Shown here piece after piece: positions 48,204-58,201 of a stretch of DNA of 64,000 nt; the stretch's first letter is position 1; each line of letters begins with the position of its first letter. This DNA comes from an uncultured virus (IMG/VR IMGVR_UViG_3300042486_001633) (taxonomy: Duplodnaviria > Heunggongvirae > Uroviricota > Caudoviricetes). A program made the translations under genes and the position numbers. Location of the stretch: the IMG/VR virus record IMGVR_UViG_3300042486_001633; one strand, 5' to 3'. Below the pieces are notes generated by a model. That model was not told where the DNA came from, did not search any database, and was given only the letters and a program-made list of their open reading frames with translations.

Positions 48204-50183
48204 TTGATAAATTCAAACAATAAGTCCAGTAGTGAGGATGTAGTTCTTATTATTGAGAATGTTGGTCAGAAACTTGCAGTACAAACGAACAGCCAGAACG
48301 GAACCGTTCTAGAAGGAGTTTGTGCAGTATTTGGTGAAATGAACAACAATCGACGAGTTTACGAGAAAAACGAATATTTGCCACACCTTTCTTATCTTAA
48401 TGAGAAGATCGCAAAGAAACAACTCGTTGGTGCGCTAGATCACCCACAACACTTTGAGCCGAAACTAAGTGAAGCTTCACATATCATTGAAAACTTATCA
48501 CACGATGGTGGTAACAGAGTAATGATTAAGCTTAGAATCTTAGAAAACACGCCAAACGGTAAAATCGCAAAAGCTTTATTAGATGGAGGAGTTCAATTAT
48601 CAATTTCTTCAAGAGCAGCCGGAACAGTTAATGAAAGTGGTCGTGTTACGTTACAAAGAATTTTTACTTATGACTTAGTTGGAGAACCTGGTTTTACTGA
48701 TGCTGTTCTAAAACAAACAGTAAGCGAGTCTCTAAAAAATGAGTTTCAAATGATTACTGAGAGCTATTCTCACCTAAAAGAAACATCATTTATTTCTGCT
48801 AAAAAATTACAGGACGTTTCAGAAAGTTTGAATTTTGCAGATAATTTTAAAGTCTATAAGATAAATAATTCAAATAAAGAGTTAGGAAGTTTATTCCAGC
48901 CAACTCAAAAAACACAAAAAAATAGCACAACAATGGCCGATTTTGTAACAAGAGAACAAATGGATCAGTACTCAGAAGTTTTGAAAAATCAGTTTTCTGG
49001 CATTAAAAAAGAGCTTAAAGCTCAAAAAGCAATGTTTGAATCAACTGGTTCAGGATCAACTGAAGTAGATAATTTAAAGCTTGTAGGTTTCGTTAACTAC
49101 TTAGCAGAACAACTTGAAGGAGTTGTAAACTACGCGGACTATCTTTCTAACAAACTTAACGAGTCTATTAAATATACTGAACATGTAGCTGAAACTACAA
49201 ACAACGGTATTGAATATTCTAGCTACGTTGGTGAAAGATTAAACCAAAGCATTAATCACCAAGATTACCTAGCTGAAAAATTAAATCAAACAATTAATTA
49301 TTCAGAGTATATTAAAGAAAATTTAAACAATTCTATTAAGTATCAAGGTTATTTAGCTGAAGAGTTAGATAAAGGTCTTCAATACACTGAATATGTTGCT
49401 GAAGGAGCAAACAGAGGAATTGAATACTCGGAGCACTTAGCAGAAAACATTAACTTGAACCGTGAATATCAACAATACGTTGCTGAGAAATTAGGTCAAA
49501 CTATTGGTTACACTGAATATCTTGCAGAATCTTTAAATGAAGGAGTTGCAACAGGTGGAAAACGCAATGTTTTAGGCGGAGTTTCTAAATTAGACGAATC
49601 AACTTCAGTTGATGCTCTAATCGCAAAAGTTGACCAAGTAATCACTGAAGTAAATGATAATTCTTCTAAAGCAGTTCTTGAAAACAAATATCCTTTCTTA
49701 AAGGTTATGACTGATGCTAAGAAGAAAGCATTCTATACACTAGATGCAGAGAATAAACAAGCGATTGTTGAAACTCTTAACGCATCTGTTTGGTTCAATG
49801 AAGCTGATGTAACTGGAATCATGGAAGCAGTAATTGCTCACAAAAACGAAAACGTTCCCGCACATATTAAATTCATGCCAGCTGATTTCAAACAAGCATG
49901 GTCATTAATGAATGAAAATGAAAAAGCAAGAGTTAATGCAAAAGCTCAATTATATACTATCAAAACTCCATACCAAGCTATGACTTTCTGGAGCGAAATA
50001 GATATGAGAGGACTTAATGAAAGAGTAGAAATTCAAAAGAATAACGCAAAAATAGAAGCACAGCTCAACGAAAGCCAAGGTACAGAAGGCCTAATACCTG
50101 TAAATCAGGTTGTTGAGATGCAGAGAGGTTACTCTCAAGGTTACTTAGAAATGTTATCGCGTCAAGCAGACTATCGAAAGTAA
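48204..50183 (+). CDS. gp21: Prohead protease (gp21-like) fused to a scaffold/core region
   Basis: N.N.RVY, G.LDHP, TP.GKI, ISSRAAG, YDLV..PGF; long helical C-terminal region with 14-aa repeats. Confidence 0.88.
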   Translation: MINSNNKSSSEDVVLIIENVGQKLAVQTNSQNGTVLEGVCAVFGEMNNNRRVYEKNEYLPHLSYLNEKIAKKQLVGALDHPQHFEPKLSEASHIIENLSHDGGNRVMIKLRILENTPNGKIAKALLDGGVQLSISSRAAGTVNESGRVTLQRIFTYDLVGEPGFTDAVLKQTVSESLKNEFQMITESYSHLKETSFISAKKLQDVSESLNFADNFKVYKINNSNKELGSLFQPTQKTQKNSTTMADFVTREQMDQYSEVLKNQFSGIKKELKAQKAMFESTGSGSTEVDNLKLVGFVNYLAEQLEGVVNYADYLSNKLNESIKYTEHVAETTNNGIEYSSYVGERLNQSINHQDYLAEKLNQTINYSEYIKENLNNSIKYQGYLAEELDKGLQYTEYVAEGANRGIEYSEHLAENINLNREYQQYVAEKLGQTIGYTEYLAESLNEGVATGGKRNVLGGVSKLDESTSVDALIAKVDQVITEVNDNSSKAVLENKYPFLKVMTDAKKKAFYTLDAENKQAIVETLNASVWFNEADVTGIMEAVIAHKNENVPAHIKFMPADFKQAWSLMNENEKARVNAKAQLYTIKTPYQAMTFWSEIDMRGLNERVEIQKNNAKIEAQLNESQGTEGLIPVNQVVEMQRGYSQGYLEMLSRQADYRK

Positions 50184-50210
50184 TAAAATTTAAAAAAATC
50201 AACAAAAACA

Positions 50211-51875
50211 ATGGCACGTACTAAAATTTTTAGACGTTCAAGCGACGCTCGCTTGTCAAACACTTGGAAGCCTGTTCTTGAAGGATACGGAGCAGATATG
50301 TCGAAGACTCCATGGTTAGCTGAGTACGCTCACAACCACGCGATTTTCGATAATACTACACCATTATTCGAAGCAACAACTCCAGGATTATTTTTCCAAC
50401 AACCATCTTCTTTAGGCGGTTATATGGGAGCACCAACTGCACCAACTTCTGGACAAACTCCATTTTCAGCGGGTGCAAAAACTTCTTACTCAGATTCTGG
50501 ATCTGGTGACAAATTCCCTTCACTTTTACCTGTAGCTATCCAAGTTGCAGCTAAAACAATTGGATTTGACTTAGTACCAGTAATTCCAATGGATTCCCCA
50601 GTAGGTTTCCTACCGTACTTAGATTACGTTTATGCAGGTGGTCGTACTGACGACCCTAACGGTCTAGGTAATGCAAACTTTGATCCTTATTTGATTAAGG
50701 TTGAAGGTCTTACTTACAATGACTTTCCAAGTGCAGTCCCTGGTTCTGCTGTAGGTGGTGCTACTCACTTTACTGCAGAATTCGTAGGATTCTCTCGTAT
50801 CGATGGTAATGTAATCATTAAAATACTTACAGATACTACCCTTGATAACTCAGGTTTCGTATCGGATTCAGTAAATGGTTTCCTTGCTGCACTTACTATT
50901 GCTGGTGATACCGCTACAGGTACCGCAGTATCTTTAGTTTCTGCACTAGAAAACCACATCTCTGGTTTCACTTCAGTATCTGATGCTGATTACGCTACAG
51001 ACTTCAATGGTCCTTACTTACCAACTACTGGTACTGTACCGGGATCTATGAAGAGAGATAAAGCTGAGCTTTCTAAATTCCGTCAAATGGGATTAAGAAT
51101 GTTCACTAAATTCGTAGAAGCAGAAGGTGACCAAGTGTCTATCTCTGCAACTGTAGAACAAATCCAAGATTTGAACCGTGTATGGAACTATGACGTAATC
51201 TCTATGTTAGAGAACGTTGCAGTTAACGACATCGCTCAATCTATCAACAAGCGTTTAGTTGACAGAGTATTAACTCTTGCAGCGACTCACTCTACTGAAG
51301 TAGCATTAGTTGAAGGTGCAGGTATTACTAACCTAGACCTTACTGCTGGTGGTGGTGGATTCGAAAACGTTTCTACATTACAACGTAGATTAGTGACTAA
51401 AGTTCTTGAAATGGCTAACTTGATTTATCATAGAGGTCGTTTCGGAGCAGCTACCTTCATGGTAACTAACGGTCGTATCGCTTCTGCTCTTGCAGACGTT
51501 GCTGGTTACTCAATTGCTCAAGTTCCAACCGATATGGCTGGAGTAGCAGGTAACCTTTACCCAGCTGGTAAAGTTTACGGAGTACAAGTATACGTAGATC
51601 CTAACATGCGTTGGGGAGATAACCGCGTAGTATTAGGCCGTAAAGGTGCTGATGAAGAACCAGGTATCAAATTCATGCCGTATATCATGGCTGAGTCTTT
51701 ACAAACAATTGCAGAGGGTACATTCTCTCCAAAAATTGGTATGAAGTCTCGTTATGCTATCACAGAAGCAGGATGGCACCCAGAAACTCAATACATTAAT
51801 ATCGAGATCGATCCTAATGCTATTGGAGTTCTTACTGGAAGCACTGCTCCTGCTACATCATACGGTACGCTTTAA
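50211..51875 (+). CDS. gp23: Major capsid protein, gp23-like
   Basis: W.PVLE, DLV.V.PM..P.G, EQIQDL, IN, G..VYVDP, FMPY, F.PKIG.KSRY; strong codon bias. Confidence 0.93.
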   Translation: MARTKIFRRSSDARLSNTWKPVLEGYGADMSKTPWLAEYAHNHAIFDNTTPLFEATTPGLFFQQPSSLGGYMGAPTAPTSGQTPFSAGAKTSYSDSGSGDKFPSLLPVAIQVAAKTIGFDLVPVIPMDSPVGFLPYLDYVYAGGRTDDPNGLGNANFDPYLIKVEGLTYNDFPSAVPGSAVGGATHFTAEFVGFSRIDGNVIIKILTDTTLDNSGFVSDSVNGFLAALTIAGDTATGTAVSLVSALENHISGFTSVSDADYATDFNGPYLPTTGTVPGSMKRDKAELSKFRQMGLRMFTKFVEAEGDQVSISATVEQIQDLNRVWNYDVISMLENVAVNDIAQSINKRLVDRVLTLAATHSTEVALVEGAGITNLDLTAGGGGFENVSTLQRRLVTKVLEMANLIYHRGRFGAATFMVTNGRIASALADVAGYSIAQVPTDMAGVAGNLYPAGKVYGVQVYVDPNMRWGDNRVVLGRKGADEEPGIKFMPYIMAESLQTIAEGTFSPKIGMKSRYAITEAGWHPETQYINIEIDPNAIGVLTGSTAPATSYGTL

Positions 51876-51895
51876 TTAATAGTTTACTAAATAAG

Positions 51896-51926
51896 AATAG
51901 AGAGCCCGTAAGCTCTCTATTTTTTT
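51896..51926 (+). terminator. Terminator after major capsid gene
   Basis: AATAGAGAGC-ccgtaa-GCTCTCTATT followed by T-run. Confidence 0.9.
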
Positions 51927-51961
51927 GTTATAAGGATAAATAATAAAAATAACTCAAATAA

Positions 51962-52891
51962 ATGGCATTTATTAATTGGGGGTCAGAGAGCCCAGAACAA
52001 TTGGCAATACGTCGCAGATTCGAAGAGCAGACGATGTATGAACAGATGGTTCAAATGGCACAAAGCAGAGCAGGTCAAGCTCCTGGTGCTGCTGGAGTAG
52101 GCGGTGGCGGCGGGGATCCTTTAACTGGTCTATATGGAGTAGGAGTAGACGGTCTTATCTATAACTTAAATCTAGGAGAAGCAAACTGGTCCTTTAATTA
52201 TGCACCGTTTCCTGATATTACACAGGCCACCCTAAACACAGACGATGGATTCTTATATGCGACTTTTGATTTTGAAGGTGAGGTTTCCTTTGTAAGGATT
52301 GATCGTACTACAAGAGAACTTGAATTTATCGAGAACGATATTTCAGACTATGCTGCAAAAGGCGCCTCTTCTCTCTATTATGAAGGGGAAGGAAACTTTA
52401 TCTACTTGGATAACTTCTTTAAAAAAGCGATTAGTAGTATTATTCGAATTGAGCTTGATCCTCTTTTACCAGAAGCAACGGCAACTGTAGTTTCAGAAGT
52501 GGACCCAGAGGAGACTGGATACTTACTTAGGAACCTATTCCTGTATGAAGGAGCTACCTGGGCAATTGCAATGGATAATGTGCTACCACAATTTATTACT
52601 GGCCCATTCAATATTGAGACTGGCGAGTTTACCTATAGTAATGTACTGTTGCCTTCACCAAGCGAACCAAATATTCAGTCAATCGATATAGTACTTGGAG
52701 CAGTTGAGCATAATGGCGTCGTATATGTAGACGCAGTATGGTCAGATCCTGAAGATAATTCGAGCATTGGGCTATTTAAAATGGACACTGACAATGGCGG
52801 AGCTGTCGCCCCATATTATTTGACCTTTGTTAAAGACTTAATTATCGCGGAAGCCGAGGACGTTCCGATCTTTTCAATCACTCGTTTCTAA
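51962..52891 (+). CDS. Acidic beta-rich late protein with Gly linker (possible virion accessory)
   Basis: Late motif upstream; N-terminal helix, GGGGG linker, beta-rich body. Confidence 0.7.
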   Translation: MAFINWGSESPEQLAIRRRFEEQTMYEQMVQMAQSRAGQAPGAAGVGGGGGDPLTGLYGVGVDGLIYNLNLGEANWSFNYAPFPDITQATLNTDDGFLYATFDFEGEVSFVRIDRTTRELEFIENDISDYAAKGASSLYYEGEGNFIYLDNFFKKAISSIIRIELDPLLPEATATVVSEVDPEETGYLLRNLFLYEGATWAIAMDNVLPQFITGPFNIETGEFTYSNVLLPSPSEPNIQSIDIVLGAVEHNGVVYVDAVWSDPEDNSSIGLFKMDTDNGGAVAPYYLTFVKDLIIAEAEDVPIFSITRF

Positions 52892-52906
52892 AAAAAATTT
52901 AATTAT

Positions 52907-53239
52907 ATGAGATTGTGTATACTATGCGAAGACGCAAACATCACCGACGCTCGCAAAAGATCAGCTGACGTTTTACCAAAATACGAATTGGCTGAGAGAT
53001 TACTTGAATTAAAAAAGAAAAAGGATCCTGAAGTTGTATTAGACCATTTAAAAATACCTCTTTCCTCAACTGGAGAATTACCAGCAACGCATTGGTTCTG
53101 TTTTATTAATGTAAACGAAGCAATGTATCAAAAAATGCTGGAGTCTCAAAAGTATACCATTATTGAAGAGGCAGTGCCGTCTGAGTTTTTAGCTAAACAT
53201 AACTTAAAGAAAATAAAAAGCTTTGGTCCAGGATTATAA
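52907..53239 (+). CDS. Hypothetical protein
   Basis: ORF track. Confidence 0.75.
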   Translation: MRLCILCEDANITDARKRSADVLPKYELAERLLELKKKKDPEVVLDHLKIPLSSTGELPATHWFCFINVNEAMYQKMLESQKYTIIEEAVPSEFLAKHNLKKIKSFGPGL

Positions 53240-53846
53240 GTTACTCAAAGGATTTGTCAGTCGAAGCGAAACTGAAGAAATAAAGGCTTGGGTCGATAGT
53301 TTAACTATTGAGTCAGGTTCGCCGAATCATCACCTTAGTGAGTTGGCTAAAGCCATAAATGGAAAATCCATTATTTTTGATATTGCAGACACTAGCTATA
53401 CTAATTATATTACAAAATTTCAATCGATTTCGGCAGTCAAGAATGAGCCTGTCCCAGTGATCATTCTTAAGCTAATTGATAGAATTGCAGAAACTTTAAA
53501 GATTTCAAAAGATCATATCTTTCTACAGGCAGTAGACATGAATCGCGGCGGGCGGATTGCTCCGCACTATGACGCTTCAGTCGAAGGTTGTATCAATTAT
53601 AAGTGTAATCTAAGCGTACACTCAGAAGATTATACGATGCATATTGATAAAAATAATGTGCTAATTCAGGAGACTGATCTATACTGCTTTGAAGCATCTC
53701 TTTACAAACACTGGACTGATCCTTTTAAATCACGCAGAATATTTTTAAGTTTTGGTTTTATCTTAAAATACGAAGAGTTAGGGAGGACCGAACTGGATCC
53801 TAGAGTAAGGTTGAGCAAGCGTATAGAAAAGTACTTTCAAAAATAA
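53223..53846 (+). CDS. 2OG-Fe(II) oxygenase-like
   Basis: GG.I.PHYD, distal H (YKHW), R..LSFG. Confidence 0.75.
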   Translation: MVQDYKLLKGFVSRSETEEIKAWVDSLTIESGSPNHHLSELAKAINGKSIIFDIADTSYTNYITKFQSISAVKNEPVPVIILKLIDRIAETLKISKDHIFLQAVDMNRGGRIAPHYDASVEGCINYKCNLSVHSEDYTMHIDKNNVLIQETDLYCFEASLYKHWTDPFKSRRIFLSFGFILKYEELGRTELDPRVRLSKRIEKYFQK

Positions 53847-53849
53847 AAT

Positions 53850-53877
53850 AAAAAAGGACCAATTTGGTCCTTTTTTT
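53850..53877. terminator. Bidirectional terminator
   Basis: AAAAAAGGACCA-att-TGGTCCTTTTTT between convergent units. Confidence 0.85.
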
Positions 53878-53883
53878 ATATGG

Positions 53884-54080
53884 TGGGCATCCTTCAAAAG
53901 CCGTAAGATAAGTAGAATAATTAAATTGAATTTTGAACGAGTGAGGTTTGCTTTTTGAACTCTTGTGTCTTGAATTTTGAGAAAATCGCTATCTTAATCG
54001 TGCATCATTCTGTCAGAATTTGTATAGACGTGCCAGTCTGATATTATGCTACAGATAATACTTCTAGTGTCAGACGCCCA
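53884..54080 (-). ncRNA. Candidate structured RNA / long 3' UTR
   Basis: About 200 nt non-coding, closed by UGGGCGUC/GAUGCCCA, with internal hairpins. Confidence 0.4.
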
Positions 54081-54082
54081 TA

Positions 54083-54511
54083 TTAGATCTGGGTAGTATT
54101 ATTAAAATGATCCAATTTTTCTTGGATTGCATCCAATTGACCTTCGATTAGATCCATTTGCGAATCTTTCCACTTAATATCAAAGTGAGCTTCCATTTCT
54201 ACTGAATCGTCAGCATATCTGTCACGATAACGCCCGTTTGTCGTGTTTAAACTACGAACGTTATTGACTTTAGTCTTTAATTCAGAAAGAGTAAAGATTT
54301 GGTCTCTTACTGGAGCAGAAGCAGTATGAATCTTGGTCTTTAGCTCAATTAGAGAAGTAACCTCTGCATTATATTCTTCCCAAGTAGCCTCAAGATCGTA
54401 TGGCTTTTCTGCACCCTCAATTGATGAGTTATGTTGCGAAATACGGCTCCACAATTTTTGAATTTTAGAGACTTTTTTGTTCTTTTCTTTTAGTGCTTGT
54501 GCAATTGTCAT
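54083..54511 (-). CDS. DIP1984/DUF6847-like coiled-coil protein
   Basis: M.IAQAL.., L..RI..N...EG.E.P, LK.KI..A, Q..LD..N..T.I. Confidence 0.7.
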   Translation of the reverse strand: MTIAQALKEKNKKVSKIQKLWSRISQHNSSIEGAEKPYDLEATWEEYNAEVTSLIELKTKIHTASAPVRDQIFTLSELKTKVNNVRSLNTTNGRYRDRYADDSVEMEAHFDIKWKDSQMDLIEGQLDAIQEKLDHFNNTTQI

Positions 54512-54792
54512 GACTTTTTTCTTTTATTTTTAGATGAGTTATAATTAAAACGTTGCTTGATTGGGGTAAGATCAGATACCATTACAATAATTGGGCAATA
54601 TCCATTATCTTCAGGATCCTTTTGCCAGATTTCACGCATTCTGCGGCCGGCTTCACAATCTAAGATGAATAAACTGTCTTTTGCTGGGGTAGAAACTGTA
54701 TACTCGTTTACGAGCGGTTTCTTTGTTTGATCCACTTGTGCCGAAATTACTCCGCTGACCAACAATAACAAACTAGTGATTAGTGTTTTCAT
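54508..54792 (-). CDS. Hypothetical secreted protein
   Basis: Signal peptide ending in SAQ. Confidence 0.7.
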   Translation of the reverse strand: MKTLITSLLLLVSGVISAQVDQTKKPLVNEYTVSTPAKDSLFILDCEAGRRMREIWQKDPEDNGYCPIIVMVSDLTPIKQRFNYNSSKNKRKKS

Positions 54793-55055
54793 TTTACTAC
54801 TTCTTCATAAGATTTCCACAATACTTGAGTCATTCCTTCTTCTAAAGGGTCTTCTCCCTCTTCGGGTTCTACTGGAAATGCAAGTAAAATATTTCCATTA
54901 ATATCTTTTGCAACTGCAACGAAACCAAATCCTTCACAAATAATTGAGGTATAGTGTTCGTTCGGAAGACCGTCTGCGATTTCATGAATATCGAAATCTG
55001 ATCCTATTCCTGTTTCATCGTGGATTTCACACCACTGCTTAGAAAATTCTGCCAT
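54789..55055 (-). CDS. Hypothetical protein
   Basis: ORF track, promoter motif upstream. Confidence 0.75.
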   Translation of the reverse strand: MAEFSKQWCEIHDETGIGSDFDIHEIADGLPNEHYTSIICEGFGFVAVAKDINGNILLAFPVEPEEGEDPLEEGMTQVLWKSYEEVVK

Positions 55056-55100
55056 TGTTTGAATGTTTAATTAAATTATACAAAGAAAAATACTCAGGTT

Positions 55101-56162
55101 TCACAAAAGGTGAGGTTTTGCCTCATTTATTCCAGCATTAGTAACTATTACATATTCTGGATAATATTCATGTAGGTTAGTTGCACCAGCATAGGAAAGC
55201 GCAGAACGAACCCCATCTAAAAGACCATTAACTATAAATTTAGTGCCACCTTTATATGGAATAACAGTAGACTCGCCCTCTACATTTCGAGCAGCTCGTC
55301 CGTGTGCAACTTTAGTTTCAAGCGAAGCAGAACCCCGATATCTCTTATAGAGACCATTTGTTTTTTCAATAATTTGACCAGGAGATTCGTCAGTTCCCGC
55401 AAGTAAGGAACCTAACATTACACAATTTGCGCCGACTGCTAGGGCTTTTGCAATATCACCACTCGTTCTGACTCCTCCATCTGCCATTACGGGCACGAGT
55501 GCTACATTTGAAATCTCTTCAATACAGGAAACATTTGGCACGCCGAATCCAGTTTTGATTCGAGTAGTACACAGTGATCCTCCACCGATTCCAACACGTA
55601 AACCATCTGCACCAGCTTCCTGTAAATCAATTGCAGCTTGCGCAGTTGCAATATTACCAGCAATAATATCTGCGCCACTATTAAATTTATCTTTACACCA
55701 TTTAAGCATATCAATAACCTTTTGATGGTGTCCGTGTGCAACGTCAATCACTAGGACATTTGCACCAGCTGCAACTAATTTTTCTGCACGATCTCGATCC
55801 TCTGCACCATTCACCCCAATAGCAGCAACAATAGGCACAGTGCCGTCCCAACCGAAATCAATATAATTATGTCCATATCCACCATATACAGCGGCGGATA
55901 GTTTCTCTATTAATTTTGACTGGTTCTCTGCACTCATAAAGCGATGAATACAGCCGGCTCCACCTAAGATAAACATTTTATATGCCATTTCAAATTCACA
56001 TACAGTGTCCATTGGGGATGCAATTAACGGCATCAACATTGAATAGTTAGTAGTAAGTGGGGTTCTAAGAGAAATTTCAGTTCGTGAATTAATTTTTGAA
56101 AAATTAGGAACGAGTTGGATATCGTCGTAAGTGAGTGCGTGTTTCATGATAGTATGCTGCAT
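55101..56162 (-). CDS. guaB: IMP dehydrogenase / GMP reductase family, no CBS domains
   Basis: LTYDD..LVP, SPMDTV, IDVAHGH, GIGGGSLCTTR, ADGG..SGD..KA; IMPDH versus GMPR not resolved. Confidence 0.85.
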   Translation of the reverse strand: MQHTIMKHALTYDDIQLVPNFSKINSRTEISLRTPLTTNYSMLMPLIASPMDTVCEFEMAYKMFILGGAGCIHRFMSAENQSKLIEKLSAAVYGGYGHNYIDFGWDGTVPIVAAIGVNGAEDRDRAEKLVAAGANVLVIDVAHGHHQKVIDMLKWCKDKFNSGADIIAGNIATAQAAIDLQEAGADGLRVGIGGGSLCTTRIKTGFGVPNVSCIEEISNVALVPVMADGGVRTSGDIAKALAVGANCVMLGSLLAGTDESPGQIIEKTNGLYKRYRGSASLETKVAHGRAARNVEGESTVIPYKGGTKFIVNGLLDGVRSALSYAGATNLHEYYPEYVIVTNAGINEAKPHLL

Positions 56163-56509
56163 TTTGAGTTTTTTAAGATAACATTTGGTGAGTCAAAGAT
56201 TGGAGTGCGGTGATCAGTTCGAATAAAAGAATCACACGAATATGGATTATAATATACATCGGCTATTGATTTGCGTTTTGGAAGTTGAGTTGTATAGCGA
56301 TCGCAAAGGATAAATGCATGCACGTTTTTTCGACCCTCGGCAAGCACCCTTTTTCTACCAGTTTCATAGACTTTAAAATCTGCCCATGGCAAAAAGAGTT
56401 CTTCTTCGTGTGCATAGAGTCTATATCCTCCTTTAGATTTATCGTACTTTAGTATACTGAAACACTTCTTATGTAGGTTTCGGTATATCCTGAATTTTCC
56501 CTGGTTCAT
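56144..56509 (-). CDS. Conserved phage hypothetical protein
   Basis: YRNLH, GR.RV..E.RKNVHA, YNPY. Confidence 0.8.
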   Translation of the reverse strand: MNQGKFRIYRNLHKKCFSILKYDKSKGGYRLYAHEEELFLPWADFKVYETGRKRVLAEGRKNVHAFILCDRYTTQLPKRKSIADVYYNPYSCDSFIRTDHRTPIFDSPNVILKNSKCSILS

Positions 56510-56522
56510 TCAGTTATTAGAG

Positions 56523-57881
56523 TTAATATGATTTAATTAAAGCTTTGCGAAGTTCCTGAAGGTCATCTCTGTACATCTGGGTCGTATCCTTTGCTTTAGT
56601 AGATTCTAATTCATTCTCTTTTGCATGGGTATCACCTAAGAGATCTTCATATGTTTCCTTAGTTAAGGTATGAATCGGCAGGGAAAGCAAATAGTTATAG
56701 GAACCATTGATTTCATCAAAATCGGCAGTTTCTAAAGCTAGGATAATTTGCTTACGCGGAACATTATTGATTTTTAATTTACCGTCAATAATCATCTTAA
56801 TGAATTGGGCCTTGTTTGAAAGTAATAAGAGCTCCTGATTAAGTTTATTGATTAAGTATTCCTTGCGTTTAATATAGTAAGTTAGACGGAATTTTACGAA
56901 ATACTGGATAATTTGGGTTGCACTTTCAAAGATCTTAAGGTTACCGTTTTCGTCCAACACTGTAAAGTTTTCGCTCTGTTTTTCTTCCATTTTTAGGAAG
57001 CGATCAAGTCTATCACTATCCTGAAGAGACTTAAGATCTTCTCTTCTAAATTTAAGCACATAATTTACATTAGCTTTACAGTTGTTGTCATAACCAGTAA
57101 GTCGTCTGGTCTCTTCTAAAGAAATTAGGTGAGAGTCAAACTTTTCATAAGTCATAGATGGCGGTAATTCAGTAACATCCAATGTAGTTGTATTCTTAAC
57201 TTCATATTTTCCTCTAAACAGCCATGCATTACTATTTGGATCCTTAATACATTCGCCAGAAAATCCATTATACCATGGAGTAGGTTCCTTGTATTTTTTT
57301 CCATCTAATTCTTTAATACAGGCATCGATTAGATCAAGAGGATTTCGATTTAGGATATTTGTTGCGAAACCTACAGCAATTCCACTACCTCCATTTAAGA
57401 GAACAGTTGGAATAATTGGTAAAAAATAACTAGGTTCAATTTCATTACCCTCTTCATAACGAGAAGTAAGCAGTTCAAAATCCATATAGAGCAATCTAAA
57501 GTTCTTATGTAATTTAGTTGAAATATAACGCGGCGCACCCGCTTCAGGAGAACGTAGGGAACCGAATTGTCCTATTTCTTCAAGTACTGGCATTGAGTTC
57601 TTGAATTTTTGAGCCATACCTACGATTGCACCATTTAAACTGCCGTCTCCATGGTGGTAATGCGCATCAGATGCAACCTTACCGGCTAATTGAAATATCT
57701 TAAGCGGTTTTTCTCCGCCGTTTCTCCAAACTTTATCAGCAACGAAAATTACTTTGCGCTGAGTTGGTTTAAATCCATCAATTACTGATGGAATTGCACG
57801 CTCTTCAACAACGTATACTGCATATTCTCTATAATCTTGATCAAGATACTGTGTGACTGATTTAATTTCTTGTTTTTGCAT
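56523..57881 (-). CDS. gp52: Type II topoisomerase, gp52 / GyrA-like subunit
   Basis: RAIPS.IDG.KP.QRK, YHHGD, GQFGS, APRYI catalytic Tyr. Confidence 0.95.
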   Translation of the reverse strand: MQKQEIKSVTQYLDQDYREYAVYVVEERAIPSVIDGFKPTQRKVIFVADKVWRNGGEKPLKIFQLAGKVASDAHYHHGDGSLNGAIVGMAQKFKNSMPVLEEIGQFGSLRSPEAGAPRYISTKLHKNFRLLYMDFELLTSRYEEGNEIEPSYFLPIIPTVLLNGGSGIAVGFATNILNRNPLDLIDACIKELDGKKYKEPTPWYNGFSGECIKDPNSNAWLFRGKYEVKNTTTLDVTELPPSMTYEKFDSHLISLEETRRLTGYDNNCKANVNYVLKFRREDLKSLQDSDRLDRFLKMEEKQSENFTVLDENGNLKIFESATQIIQYFVKFRLTYYIKRKEYLINKLNQELLLLSNKAQFIKMIIDGKLKINNVPRKQIILALETADFDEINGSYNYLLSLPIHTLTKETYEDLLGDTHAKENELESTKAKDTTQMYRDDLQELRKALIKSY

Positions 57882-58200
57882 CTTCTACTGGTATTTTAAA
57901 ATAATTGTTTTCTACTAGGTAATCATAAAGTCCTTGTAGATCTTCACAAATTGGCTTTCCATCATCGGTAGCAGTTAATGAATTACCTATGCCATCGTGA
58001 ATATAATTTTTCTCATACATGAACCAGTCAAACCAATCTTTTCCATGATCTGTGAGTATATAAGACCATAAATTTGAGATAAGTACATCTTGTGAATTAT
58101 TAAAATCCAAAAGATCGATATTTAATTTATATGCTGCTGAAACCTTTTGATTTTGAGCAACCATGAGGTCAGCTAGTGTTTTAAATTTGTTAAACGTCAT
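57862..58200 (-). CDS. Hypothetical protein between the topoisomerase subunits
   Basis: ORF track; DWFDWFMYE. Confidence 0.75.
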   Translation of the reverse strand: MTFNKFKTLADLMVAQNQKVSAAYKLNIDLLDFNNSQDVLISNLWSYILTDHGKDWFDWFMYEKNYIHDGIGNSLTATDDGKPICEDLQGLYDYLVENNYFKIPVEDAKTRN

Positions 58201-58201
58201 G

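Noticed and set aside
49080..49540. 42 bp DNA repeat array or DGR-like repeats
   Set aside because: Periodicity is at the protein level with divergent codons; no reverse transcriptase or adenine-specific variation.
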